Shown here: one piece after another, positions 1 to 7,750 of the stretch
Position numbering within the stretch: the stretch's first letter is position 1
Layout: every line of letters begins with the position of its first letter
Virus record (IMG/VR): IMGVR_UViG_3300044820_000060
Span: 1-60,892 of that record
Length of the DNA: 60,892 nucleotides
Direction: 5' to 3' (one strand)
Source: a virus
Taxonomy: Duplodnaviria; Caudoviricetes
The notes under the pieces: model-generated
What the model was told of the DNA's origin: nothing
Seen by the model: only the letters and a program-made list of their open reading frames with translations
The model's database searches: none
Program-made: the position numbers and the translations under genes

Positions 1-47
1 GGGGTCCACTGGGGGGGTCCACTGGGGGGGTCCACTGGGGGGGTGCT
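1..47 (+). repeat. 13-bp tandem repeat GGGGGGGTCCACT (candidate iterons/origin inside the replication gene)
   Basis: Partial unit 1-10, full units 11-23 and 24-36, degenerate unit from 37; runs off the window edge. Confidence 0.85.
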
Positions 48-436
48 CCATATTGATCGCCAGGAAGAAGGTCCAGGATCGCGTTGCGACGCTGGCGCTT
101 TTGTTCTTCGCGCTGCCTTGCTGCGGCGGTTCTGGCTTCCTTCTCGTCCCACCACTTCGCCAGTTCGTCGCGAACGCGCGCGTTGATGATGCCCGAGTTC
201 GTTTTCATCATCTTGCCCTTGGCAACCAAGCGCGCCATGACAGCGCGATATTGATTGTGGTTTAGGCCGAGGATTCGGGACGCAACCATATCGTTAAGCG
301 GAAGAGCTTCCCCGGTATCGTAGCTATACATGCAGCACCGGCAATATAGTCCCTCTTCCATCAAATCGAGAATGTTGACCGTGCCGGATCGCCAGTCTGA
401 AGGGTAAAACTTGATGAAGGTGACGCCGCCGCTCAT
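2..436 (-). CDS. DUF1376/YdaU-like phage replication initiator (N-terminal part; runs off the window)
   Basis: Hand translation MSGGVTFIKFYPSDWRSGTVNILDLMEEGLYCRCCIYSYDTGEALP... fits the FYPSDW...EEGLY pattern; lies downstream of cro; not in the ORF track because it has no stop in the window. Confidence 0.7.
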   Translation of the reverse strand, partial: MSGGVTFIKFYPSDWRSGTVNILDLMEEGLYCRCCMYSYDTGEALPLNDMVASRILGLNHNQYRAVMARLVAKGKMMKTNSGIINARVRDELAKWWDEKEARTAAARQREEQKRQRRNAILDLLPGDQYGAPPQWTPPVDPPSGP

Positions 437-752
437 CTGCCACCCCGAATCGTCTTCCCGTGAACCGCCGGTTGACACAGCGGGCGTGCAAAAGCAATGG
501 GAGTGTTAACGAAAACCGCTTGTGAATAGCGTGGAAATGGGGTACTTATCATGCGTTGGAACTTTCGTTTTCGATATGACCCAACATGCGTGTGCGTCTT
601 TCGGTGTGCTGTACCGGGGACTTGAGTAAGTGAGCGGAGATTTGCGAGATCGCCGCGGAACGCTAGGTAGACCAGATGACAACTCACGGTTTACCACATG
701 ACGGGTTTGAGGGGAACTGAAATTTAAGACTCGTCCCCGACGTGATTTGATC

Positions 753-780
753 AAGACCGCTCCCGTCAGCGGTCTTTTTC
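753..780 (+). terminator. Intrinsic terminator-like hairpin
   Basis: AAGACCGCT-cccgtc-AGCGGTCTT followed by T-run. Confidence 0.55.
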
Positions 781-868
781 ATTTTAGCGCAGATCGCAGT
801 CGAAAAAATAGGGCGAAATCCGCCCTATTTCATCCCCTCGACGTAATTTCTATGCCGTGCCTTTTGGG

Positions 869-1063
869 CTACACGGGAGATCCGGTCACGTCTTCGGCGG
901 CGGTTTCATCGTCGTCGTCGTCAGCTTCATCTTCTGCATCGAGCACGGCTTCTGCGGCTGCGTTCCATGCCTCCTGGGCGACGCCGGGAAGGTCTTCCCA
1001 GGCAGTCTCTTCCTCGATCTTCGCCGCGTAGGCTTCGTAGGCGATCTTTCCTCTATCGGCCAT
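869..1063 (-). CDS. Small acidic hypothetical protein (64 aa)
   Basis: MADRGKIAYEAY...EDEADDDDDE; GAGGAG RBS upstream of ATG 1063. Confidence 0.75.
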   Translation of the reverse strand: MADRGKIAYEAYAAKIEEETAWEDLPGVAQEAWNAAAEAVLDAEDEADDDDDETAAEDVTGSPV

Positions 1064-1086
1064 GCTCGTACTCCTCTGGTTAAAAA

Positions 1087-2394
1087 CTAGGCAACCGCAA
1101 TCGCCGCGTCCAGCCCGCCGGCCAGCAGACGCGGCAGGATCGTGCGGCCTTCGTAGACGACGCGCCCAGCAACGGGCTTTGCGAGTTTCCTGACGAGGCG
1201 CTTGTTTTTGCTTTCCTCGGTGAAGACCGGCAGCGAGACGGGCGCAAGCCCCTTCCGCTCGCACCATTGCCGGTAGGTTCGATAGTAGACGCCGGTCGTA
1301 TGCTTGCCGCCATCGCTCGGCCTCGTGCATTCCGAATAGAAACCCTCTATAGAGCCCGTAGGAAGCCCAGGGAGCCCGTTTCCATTTTTCCGCGCCATCG
1401 TAGCGGCAACCTCAGAAAGGACGCCTGCGGCCCTGCTGGGCTCGGCCAGCTTCGTTTTTTTTGGTAGCGCCTCGATCTTGGGTGTGTCGGGTTCCATCTC
1501 GACGGGCTTCGTGTCGTTCGCGGGTCCGGTCGGCGCCAGCCTGATCGCGGCCATGACGTCGTGGGAATCCTCGCGCCTCTCCTCGATGGGGTCGAGCAGT
1601 ACGGGTCCGATGCCGATCCGCAGGCAGGCCACGAAGATCACGCAGATCCCGATGAAGATGCCGGTCCCCCAATCCTGGGGCATTCCGAACAGCGTAGATA
1701 GGAACAGCGCGCCGGCATTAGCCGGGGCCGTGACTTGGCTGGCGTCAACGACGTGCGTGCTGATTTCGATCTTGGCTTGCTCGAAGTCCGTCTTTGCCTT
1801 CCGGCTCTCCGCAAGTTCCTGTCGAAGCTTGAACACCTCGCCGCATTGCGTCGCATAGGTCGAGCGCTTGTCGGTGCAGTCGGTCGTGAGCCTCGCCAAG
1901 GTCGAGGACGATCCGTGTCCGAGGTCGATCGCGCGCACGAGCTCGGAGTCGATGGCACCGTTGATCTCATCCTCGCCGCGGAATGTCTTCTTCTTGAGGG
2001 TGTCGAGCGTCCGCTGCGCCTTTTCGATGATGGAGATCTCGCTTGTGACGCGGGCTTGCTCAACCTGGCTGCGGGTTTCCGAGACCATGAAGTGTCCGTT
2101 GAGCCATGCGATCTCCGAAAGCTGGATGAACAATTCGGAAACGATCAGACCGCAAAGGAAGATGCGCCGGACGGTCTGCCGGTTCTCACGCTCAAAGCGC
2201 TTCGCGTGACTGAGACATGTCATCGAGTAGAGGACCGCGACGGCCGAGATTGCGGCGACGATGACGCCCGCGGACCAGTCGGTTCCGGCTCGGGACATGC
2301 TTGATTGCCAGACGATCACGATTGACGCAACGCCAATAACCGCGGCTCCGAGAGAACTAATCGGAGCGCGGCGCACCACATCCCAGCTTACCAT
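1087..2394 (-). CDS. Membrane-anchored coiled-coil protein with C-terminal D5/RFX-like winged helix (paralogue 1)
   Basis: About 3 N-terminal hydrophobic helices, coiled coil with Cys pair (DCTDKRSTYATQC), further TM helix, C-terminal FYSEC...YYRTYRQWCERKG...F...GRVVYEG. Confidence 0.7.
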   Translation of the reverse strand: MVSWDVVRRAPISSLGAAVIGVASIVIVWQSSMSRAGTDWSAGVIVAAISAVAVLYSMTCLSHAKRFERENRQTVRRIFLCGLIVSELFIQLSEIAWLNGHFMVSETRSQVEQARVTSEISIIEKAQRTLDTLKKKTFRGEDEINGAIDSELVRAIDLGHGSSSTLARLTTDCTDKRSTYATQCGEVFKLRQELAESRKAKTDFEQAKIEISTHVVDASQVTAPANAGALFLSTLFGMPQDWGTGIFIGICVIFVACLRIGIGPVLLDPIEERREDSHDVMAAIRLAPTGPANDTKPVEMEPDTPKIEALPKKTKLAEPSRAAGVLSEVAATMARKNGNGLPGLPTGSIEGFYSECTRPSDGGKHTTGVYYRTYRQWCERKGLAPVSLPVFTEESKNKRLVRKLAKPVAGRVVYEGRTILPRLLAGGLDAAIAVA

Positions 2395-2416
2395 TCTTCG
2401 CTTCCCATCTTTCACA

Positions 2417-3007
2417 TCATCGGCGCCGCTCCGCCAGCGATAGCGCCGTCTCAAATTTCTTCAGCCAGTCAGGTTGGATGCTCCGCCGATAGTGCCCGAG
2501 GCAATATTGCGACCGCCCGAAATTAGGGTTCCCGGGAACGCCCTTGAACTGCGCACATCCGCAAAACGTGTGCTCCCCTGCAACCGCGCCGACCGGCCAT
2601 CGGCACTCATTCGGCCCAAGATCCATAAAACGCACTCCACCTGTGCCCACCATAGACGATTCGGGCAAGGATGTGACCACCGGCGGTTTCGTGGCTGGGG
2701 CGGGCTGCTTGACGGGCGCAGTAGGTATTTCCCGTACTTGCGCCTTAGCCGTAACATGGGCTACGGCGGCGGAGTTCCGTTGGCGCGGCGGTACGCGCAT
2801 CGATGACGGTTTTCGGAGTTTCGACGGAGCCACCCCGGGCATTTTGCGATGGATCAGAGAGAGGATGGAATTGCGCGTGCGAACCAATTGGCCATCCGGC
2901 TTCCGTCCGAACCGTTCGGCGATGATGGCGGCGGATTCCCCGTTCATACGAAACTGGAACACGAGTTCACGCTCGGAGTCTGTCCAGGGGGTGTCCACCC
3001 TCTTCAT
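2417..3007 (-). CDS. gcrA: GcrA-family cell-cycle regulator homologue
   Basis: N-terminal WTDSERE...SAAIIA...TRNSILSLIHR; C-terminal FMDLGPNECRWPVG...FCG...YCLGH. Confidence 0.85.
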   Translation of the reverse strand: MKRVDTPWTDSERELVFQFRMNGESAAIIAERFGRKPDGQLVRTRNSILSLIHRKMPGVAPSKLRKPSSMRVPPRQRNSAAVAHVTAKAQVREIPTAPVKQPAPATKPPVVTSLPESSMVGTGGVRFMDLGPNECRWPVGAVAGEHTFCGCAQFKGVPGNPNFGRSQYCLGHYRRSIQPDWLKKFETALSLAERRR

Positions 3008-3202
3008 GGCGTGCGACCTTGTGTGCGGGGGTTGTACACACGCATGACACAAAAGCCCGATAACCACGGGTTGACAACGGTCAAGATTCAAACCACTAAC
3101 GCAAACGCATAATGCGTCAATTCGGGACAGAATCGCTACAGACTCGGGACTCCATGATAAATCTGGATACTAATAATTCACGCCCCCCCCCAATGGGGAG
3201 GG

Positions 3203-3484
3203 TTAGGCCACGGTTTCGAGATGATCCTTGAACCACCCTCTCCACCGCTCGATCTCATCGAAGGGATTCCGATAATGGTCTGGGCGCAGTTCCCAACGTG
3301 GGATGGAATAGCGCTCCTCGAGCGCGGGAACGGCTTCAAGTGGGATGCCCTTCTTGCGCCATTTATTCACTGCTGCACGGCTCAAGCCGCGATCTTTCGC
3401 GACGAGCGGACAGGAGCCGGCGACTTCAATCAGCCGATTGTAGCCGGTGACAAGGCTTTGCTCTGGTGCGCATACTTTGCTCAT
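3203..3484 (-). CDS. cro: Cro-like (YdaS family) HTH regulator
   Basis: GLSRAAVNKW helix-turn-helix and IPRWELRPD motif; divergent from the CI-like gene. Confidence 0.8.
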   Translation of the reverse strand: MSKVCAPEQSLVTGYNRLIEVAGSCPLVAKDRGLSRAAVNKWRKKGIPLEAVPALEERYSIPRWELRPDHYRNPFDEIERWRGWFKDHLETVA

Positions 3485-3491
3485 GCGTGAC

Positions 3492-3520
3492 AGGGTACTT
3501 AAGAGATGACATCGTGTCAA
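3492..3520 (-). promoter_or_regulatory. pR-like sigma70 promoter for cro with an overlapping palindrome
   Basis: TTGACA-17-TACCCT on the minus strand; TGACA-TCG-TGTCA inverted repeat overlaps the -35. Confidence 0.6.
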
Positions 3521-3561
3521 CCAGCGGTGTCGCTGCACCTCCCAAAAAAGGGGAACTGAGT

Positions 3562-4212
3562 ATGAGGTACGATTTCGCGGGACTTCCCCGAAGAATAAAG
3601 GAATCAAGGGAGTGTGCCAAGATGTCACGCGAACAATTGGGAATATTCGTTGGCGGAAAGAGTAGGCAAGCCGTAGCTAGGTGGGAGCAGCCCTATGGTC
3701 GAGAACGAAACTCAGTTCCCGATCTGGAAACAATCAGCGAAATTGCTGATATCCTGCGGGTTGATTTCCTCTGGCTCTTGACGGGACAACGCTACGCTCC
3801 AGACGCCGAGGGTATTCAGGGAGTTTTAATTCCGGTGTTTGCGCTTGAATCATTTCACAAAAAACAGGCCCCATTATTCCACAAACGAACATTAGCAGCG
3901 GCCAGCGATGAAACTGATGGCTTCCGTGTCCCCAACCTAGCGAACGCCCCGGAGTACCTTCCAGGCGACGTCTGCGTAACTGAGCCCGCGAAAGAGCCGC
4001 ATCCGGGAAAGATGATGGTCGCGCGGCTAACCGCCAAGGGCGTCAACGTCTTCGGTCGGTGTGTTGTCATCGGTTTAGGCCCTGGCGGAGAGCCGATCTA
4101 TGAGATCGTGCCTCTCAAAGAGGGGTATCCGCGATTCTCGTCGCAAACTGAGAAGATCGAACTTTTGGCGGTGGTGATCGAACTCCACAAAGACTTGAGA
4201 AATCGCGATTGA
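3562..4212 (+). CDS. cI: CI-like repressor (XRE HTH plus degenerate S24-like C-terminal domain)
   Basis: RIKESR...SREQLG...SRQAVARWE...LRVDFLWLLTG; C-terminal FRV...P.YLPGDVCV.EP...PHPGKMMVARL. Confidence 0.8.
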   Translation: MRYDFAGLPRRIKESRECAKMSREQLGIFVGGKSRQAVARWEQPYGRERNSVPDLETISEIADILRVDFLWLLTGQRYAPDAEGIQGVLIPVFALESFHKKQAPLFHKRTLAAASDETDGFRVPNLANAPEYLPGDVCVTEPAKEPHPGKMMVARLTAKGVNVFGRCVVIGLGPGGEPIYEIVPLKEGYPRFSSQTEKIELLAVVIELHKDLRNRD

Positions 4213-4228
4213 TTTGGTGTAGCGGCGG

Positions 4229-4256
4229 TTGACATCAGTGCTCGAACTGCTATCTT
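4229..4256 (+). promoter_or_regulatory. Sigma70-like promoter immediately after cI
   Basis: TTGACA-16-TATCTT with an extended TG. Confidence 0.6.
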
Positions 4257-4262
4257 GAGCTT

Positions 4263-4356
4263 GTCAGAGCGTGGTCGCCCCCTTCCGAGGAAAACTTCGC
4301 TCTGGCCTCTTGCTGAGTGTTTACCTCCCTAGACTGGCCCTTCGGGGCCTTTTTTT
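4263..4356 (+). ncRNA. Candidate ~95-nt sRNA with an anti-SD-like CCUCC motif
   Basis: Promoter upstream; 5' stem GTCAGAGCG...CGCTCTGGC; TTACCTCCCT; terminator GGCCC-TTCG-GGGCC-T7. Confidence 0.55.
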
Positions 4357-4359
4357 CGT

Positions 4360-4794
4360 TCATTCCTCGCTCGCCAGATAGATCGTCCCGACCATCTCAC
4401 CAGCCTCGAAGCCCATCTCGACCTTCAGATCAACCTGCTTCGCCGCGCGCCACACCCCGGGACGAGGCACGCGCCAGACTGAGGCAAGTATCGTGGTCCC
4501 GTAGTGCCGCCGATGGTGCGCCAGCTTTACGGCTTCCGCAGCGGCCTGAAGCACATCCCAAAGCCGATCATCCTCGCTGTCCCCAAGTCCCTTCCTGGCG
4601 TTGTCCTGGCTGTCCCAAGCCACACAGTCCCGCCAAGCGGCCTCTGAAAGGGCTATCGGCGCTCTGAATCCCGCTTCCCGAGCAACGTCCGCAACATCCA
4701 CAAGTACGCCGTCCTCGAACGCATCTTCGCGCGTGTAATCGTTAATGGTTGTTAACGAATTGAACGCGAACTCTTGCGAATGTAGAGTTGGCAT
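4360..4794 (-). CDS. DUF6573-like protein
   Basis: YTREDAFEDGVLVDV...AREAGFRAPIALSEAAWRDCV...RLWDVL. Confidence 0.7.
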   Translation of the reverse strand: MPTLHSQEFAFNSLTTINDYTREDAFEDGVLVDVADVAREAGFRAPIALSEAAWRDCVAWDSQDNARKGLGDSEDDRLWDVLQAAAEAVKLAHHRRHYGTTILASVWRVPRPGVWRAAKQVDLKVEMGFEAGEMVGTIYLASEE

Positions 4795-4876
4795 TGCCCG
4801 ATCCTCAAATAAAAAGGCCCTTAGTTCTAAGAACTGTAAGGGCCTTTATCTGATTTGGCAACCGCTAGTTTACGAA

Positions 4877-5068
4877 TTACGACTTTTTCAGCGTTTCAAG
4901 CCTGATTTGGTCAAGCGGAGCTTTACCAGAATTTATCGTTTCTACATAAAACCGCTCTCCGTCGTGCCGGAAGACGCCGGCAGTCTCGCCCTTCCACTCA
5001 GGAAGCGGTTCGAACGTGACCCAATCGCCTTGGCGGATAAATCCGTGCTGATTGTAAAATTCAGCCAT
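4877..5068 (-). CDS. Hypothetical protein
   Basis: GGAGGA RBS; overlaps the upstream gene in a leftward run. Confidence 0.6.
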   Translation of the reverse strand: MAEFYNQHGFIRQGDWVTFEPLPEWKGETAGVFRHDGERFYVETINSGKAPLDQIRLETLKKS

Positions 5069-5270
5069 TGGCTTTGTCCTCCGCAATAGCAGCGGCGATC
5101 ATCTCAAGATCCCGCTCCGAGATTGAAACGATCCTGTCATTCGGTCCCTTGCGTCCAGTCGGCCATATCTCGGCGTTCCGGTATCCGTATGTTCCATCAT
5201 CGAGCTTGATGACGCCGGGGCATTGGGCGGTGAATCCGCAGCGGAACGCAGACGGGGTGATTTCCTTCAT
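5061..5270 (-). CDS. Hypothetical protein
   Basis: GAGGA RBS; ATGA overlap with the upstream gene. Confidence 0.65.
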   Translation of the reverse strand: MKEITPSAFRCGFTAQCPGVIKLDDGTYGYRNAEIWPTGRKGPNDRIVSISERDLEMIAAAIAEDKANG

Positions 5271-5632
5271 GATGCGTCCTCTGTAACGGCTAAATCGTTA
5301 CGAACCGCTTCCGTAACGGTTCCGCGCGCCTTGGCGAGCGCTCGAGTGCCGGCGAAAACAGCATCATGCACGTTTAGCCCGACATTCTCAGGAGGTGTAT
5401 AGCTCCTGACTTGCCGCACAAGGTTGTACAGCGCCTCGTAAAGCTCTGGCGCGGCGGCAAACAGATGGGCTTCTGCTTCGCTTGGGATGAATTGAGCCGC
5501 GTAAAGACGGTATGGCTTTCCCTTGGAGTTGATTTGTTCGGGGGCGATAACCTTAAAGCCTTCGTCGGCTGGGTATGTGCCTCTTTTGGCGACTTCGTAA
5601 GGGCCCTTCATCCATTTTGGCGTCTTTGTCAT
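5267..5632 (-). CDS. Conserved phage hypothetical protein
   Basis: AHLFAAAPELYEAL motif typical of phage early proteins; GAGGA RBS. Confidence 0.7.
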   Translation of the reverse strand: MTKTPKWMKGPYEVAKRGTYPADEGFKVIAPEQINSKGKPYRLYAAQFIPSEAEAHLFAAAPELYEALYNLVRQVRSYTPPENVGLNVHDAVFAGTRALAKARGTVTEAVRNDLAVTEDAS

Positions 5633-5639
5633 GGTGTCC

Positions 5640-6725
5640 TCAATACTGGATGCTGGTGAATTCGACCTCACCGCGCGCAATCGCGTCGATGACGGCCTTG
5701 GCTGCGACCTGATCGAGGATTGGCACGGCAGAGAGCAGAGATCCAATTGCCCGCTTCTCGACCTGTGCGCGGTGCCGCTTATTCTGCGCCCGCTTCTCTT
5801 CCTCGGCTGCGGCTTTCTGTTCCGCGGCGATCCGGTCGCGTTCGGCGTCTTCTACCCGGCGCCGTTCGTCCTCAATGGCCTTCGCCGCCGCTGCCTTGCG
5901 TTCCTGCTCGATGCGCTCCTCAAGGGCTTTGGCGGCGTGCTGGCGGCGCGCTTCCTCCTCCTCGGCCTCGCGCAGCCGGCGTTCTTCTGCCGCTGCAGCC
6001 TCGCGCTGGCGGCGCTCCTCAGCTTCCTTGGTGCGTTGTTCGTCCGCAAGACGCTTGGCTTCCTCGCGCTTCCTGGCCTCCTCCTCGGCCTCGCGCTTCG
6101 CTTTCTCCGCGCGTAAAGCCTCAAGCTCGGCGCGCTCGGCCTCTTGCTTGAGGATGCGATCGTGCGCGGCTGTCAGCGTCTCAAGGGCTGCGGCCTTGGC
6201 GTCGACGAAAGCGGGAGTCTCGGGGACTTCCTGTAGACGCTCAATGCGCTCTAAGACCTCCTGCGCAGTCGTGGACTCATAGATGATGACCACATCCCGA
6301 AGGAAGGTAAGAGTCTCGGCGTGCTGCCGTTTGCGCTCCGCTTCTTCGATCTCCCATTGCGTGAGAGGTTCGCGGGCTCGCGCCGCCATGTCGTCGAGCT
6401 TTTCCTTCGCCTCCTTGCGAAGCTTGTTCACGGCATCGATGGACGCACGGGCCTCTTCGGTGAGTTCCTTGCCGGCTGCATCCACCGAAGTCTTGATCGT
6501 GATGAACTTTCGGGCGAATGTTGCGATAGCCTTGCGGCTCTTGTCGGTGGACAGGTCCGGTTCGAAGGTCTTGAGGGCGTGTTCGAGCGCGGCATAGCAG
6601 TGTTCCCGCAGCTTTTCATCCTGAAGGAACTTCGTCGGGTTCGCCTGGACGTGAGAGGCGACGTCGGTAGGGTAGAGCGCAACCTCTGTCGAGGTGGATT
6701 CGGTTTCAACAAGCGTCAATGACAT
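5640..6725 (-). CDS. Phage coiled-coil protein (E/A/R/K-rich)
   Basis: PDLSTDKSRKAIATFA...GKELTE; long charged helix; ends IARGEVEFTSIQY; AGGAG RBS. Confidence 0.8.
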   Translation of the reverse strand: MSLTLVETESTSTEVALYPTDVASHVQANPTKFLQDEKLREHCYAALEHALKTFEPDLSTDKSRKAIATFARKFITIKTSVDAAGKELTEEARASIDAVNKLRKEAKEKLDDMAARAREPLTQWEIEEAERKRQHAETLTFLRDVVIIYESTTAQEVLERIERLQEVPETPAFVDAKAAALETLTAAHDRILKQEAERAELEALRAEKAKREAEEEARKREEAKRLADEQRTKEAEERRQREAAAAEERRLREAEEEEARRQHAAKALEERIEQERKAAAAKAIEDERRRVEDAERDRIAAEQKAAAEEEKRAQNKRHRAQVEKRAIGSLLSAVPILDQVAAKAVIDAIARGEVEFTSIQY

Positions 6726-6736
6726 GGGCAATTCTC

Positions 6737-6886
6737 CTAAAAATGCAGCGCGACGTAGGCGCCAACAACAAAGCTGAGTATGAGAACGGCGGCGAAGATC
6801 GCATCGCGCTTGAAAGCGTTATTCTCCTCGACGAAATCGGGGAGTCCGCGGTGCCAGTCTGGGTGGTCGGTGTTGGGGCGGTTCAT
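6737..6886 (-). CDS. Small membrane protein (49 aa)
   Basis: Hand translation MNRPNTDHPDWHRGLPDFVEENNAFKRDAIFAAVLILSFVVGAYVALHF; ATGA-coupled to the upstream gene. Confidence 0.55.
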   Translation of the reverse strand: MNRPNTDHPDWHRGLPDFVEENNAFKRDAIFAAVLILSFVVGAYVALHF

Positions 6887-7158
6887 AGCCGGTCCTTCTC
6901 AACGCGAGCGATGCGAGACAGGATCTCGGGGACGGACTCAAGAACGCCGTACTCGTCGTCCTGGGTTCCGGTTCTGACCCATGTTTTGACGCTGCCGCTA
7001 AGTGTGTTCACCGCACACACGAACGAAGCGATCGCATCAACGCGAAATACCGTCGGTGCGTTGTTGGTGTTCGTCAGCACGATGCACCGGGCCTTGTAAA
7101 GTTCCTCTTCCATTGTGGAGAGGACTTCATCAACAGTCGGGATGATTGTTTCGGTCAT
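6883..7158 (-). CDS. Hypothetical protein
   Basis: GAGGA RBS before ATG 7158; C-terminal VLESVPEILSRI. Confidence 0.65.
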   Translation of the reverse strand: MTETIIPTVDEVLSTMEEELYKARCIVLTNTNNAPTVFRVDAIASFVCAVNTLSGSVKTWVRTGTQDDEYGVLESVPEILSRIARVEKDRL

Positions 7159-7166
7159 GACGGTCC

Positions 7167-7433
7167 TCAATGCTTCGCTGTGAGTTCGTGGAGCAGCGCC
7201 TTCTTGCGCTTCAGAGCAGCGGAAAGGACCAGCAATTGATTGAGGTCATAGAGCCAACTGTTGGTGTCCCTGCGGGATCGGACAGCGGCAAGCGTCCGCT
7301 CAATGCGCGTGATGATCCACCGAACGTGGTAGACGGCTGCAACCTTGTCCTTCCAGCCTCGAACGGTGTCATCAGAGGGGAAGTCCTGGCCGAGCCAGTA
7401 AGTGACGCCTTTGCTTTCTTGTGTGTGTTGCAT
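7167..7433 (-). CDS. Hypothetical protein
   Basis: Fills a gap in the leftward operon. Confidence 0.6.
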   Translation of the reverse strand: MQHTQESKGVTYWLGQDFPSDDTVRGWKDKVAAVYHVRWIITRIERTLAAVRSRRDTNSWLYDLNQLLVLSAALKRKKALLHELTAKH

Positions 7434-7442
7434 GGTGCTGAC

Positions 7443-7655
7443 CTATTGGCGTTTCATGCGGGTTTCGTGTGAAACAGTGGTTCCACTAGTGACAAGTGTT
7501 GGTTTACCTTCTTCCCAAAATGCAATGCCGACAAGGGCCAGCGCTCTGATAGCCGTGGCTCTAGGCGGGATCGGGCTCTGCGTCGCGCGCCAGGCGTCGA
7601 TCTGCTTGCTGAAGTTGTTGATGTCAGGAACTTCGATAGAGGGGGTTTTGGCCAT
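7443..7655 (-). CDS. Ribbon-helix-helix-like regulator
   Basis: KQIDAWRATQSPIPPRATAIRAL pattern; AGGAGG RBS. Confidence 0.6.
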   Translation of the reverse strand: MAKTPSIEVPDINNFSKQIDAWRATQSPIPPRATAIRALALVGIAFWEEGKPTLVTSGTTVSHETRMKRQ

Positions 7656-7677
7656 TGTGCCTCCTTTGCTATCGGGT

Positions 7678-7742
7678 AGTTTACGGGAAATACGGGATAG
7701 GTGTCAACTTGTGTTTGACGGTTTCGGCACCTTTGGTATACG
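7678..7742. promoter_or_regulatory. Divergent promoters with TACGGGA direct repeats
   Basis: Minus strand TTGACA-18-TAAACT; plus strand TTGACG-16-TATACG; TACGGGA at 7682 and 7691. Confidence 0.45.
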
Positions 7743-7750
7743 AATAAGGG

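Noticed and set aside
1-47. Tandem repeat as a CRISPR array or telomere
   Set aside because: No spacers and no cas genes; it lies within an open coding frame
433-687. Minus-strand 84-aa ORF overlapping the replication gene start (ATGA)
   Set aside because: The coupling is suggestive, but the start, RBS and composition are unconvincing; not called
5640-6725. TolA or tape-measure annotation
   Set aside because: Similarity would come only from low-complexity charged helix; no TM anchor, and it lies in the early region
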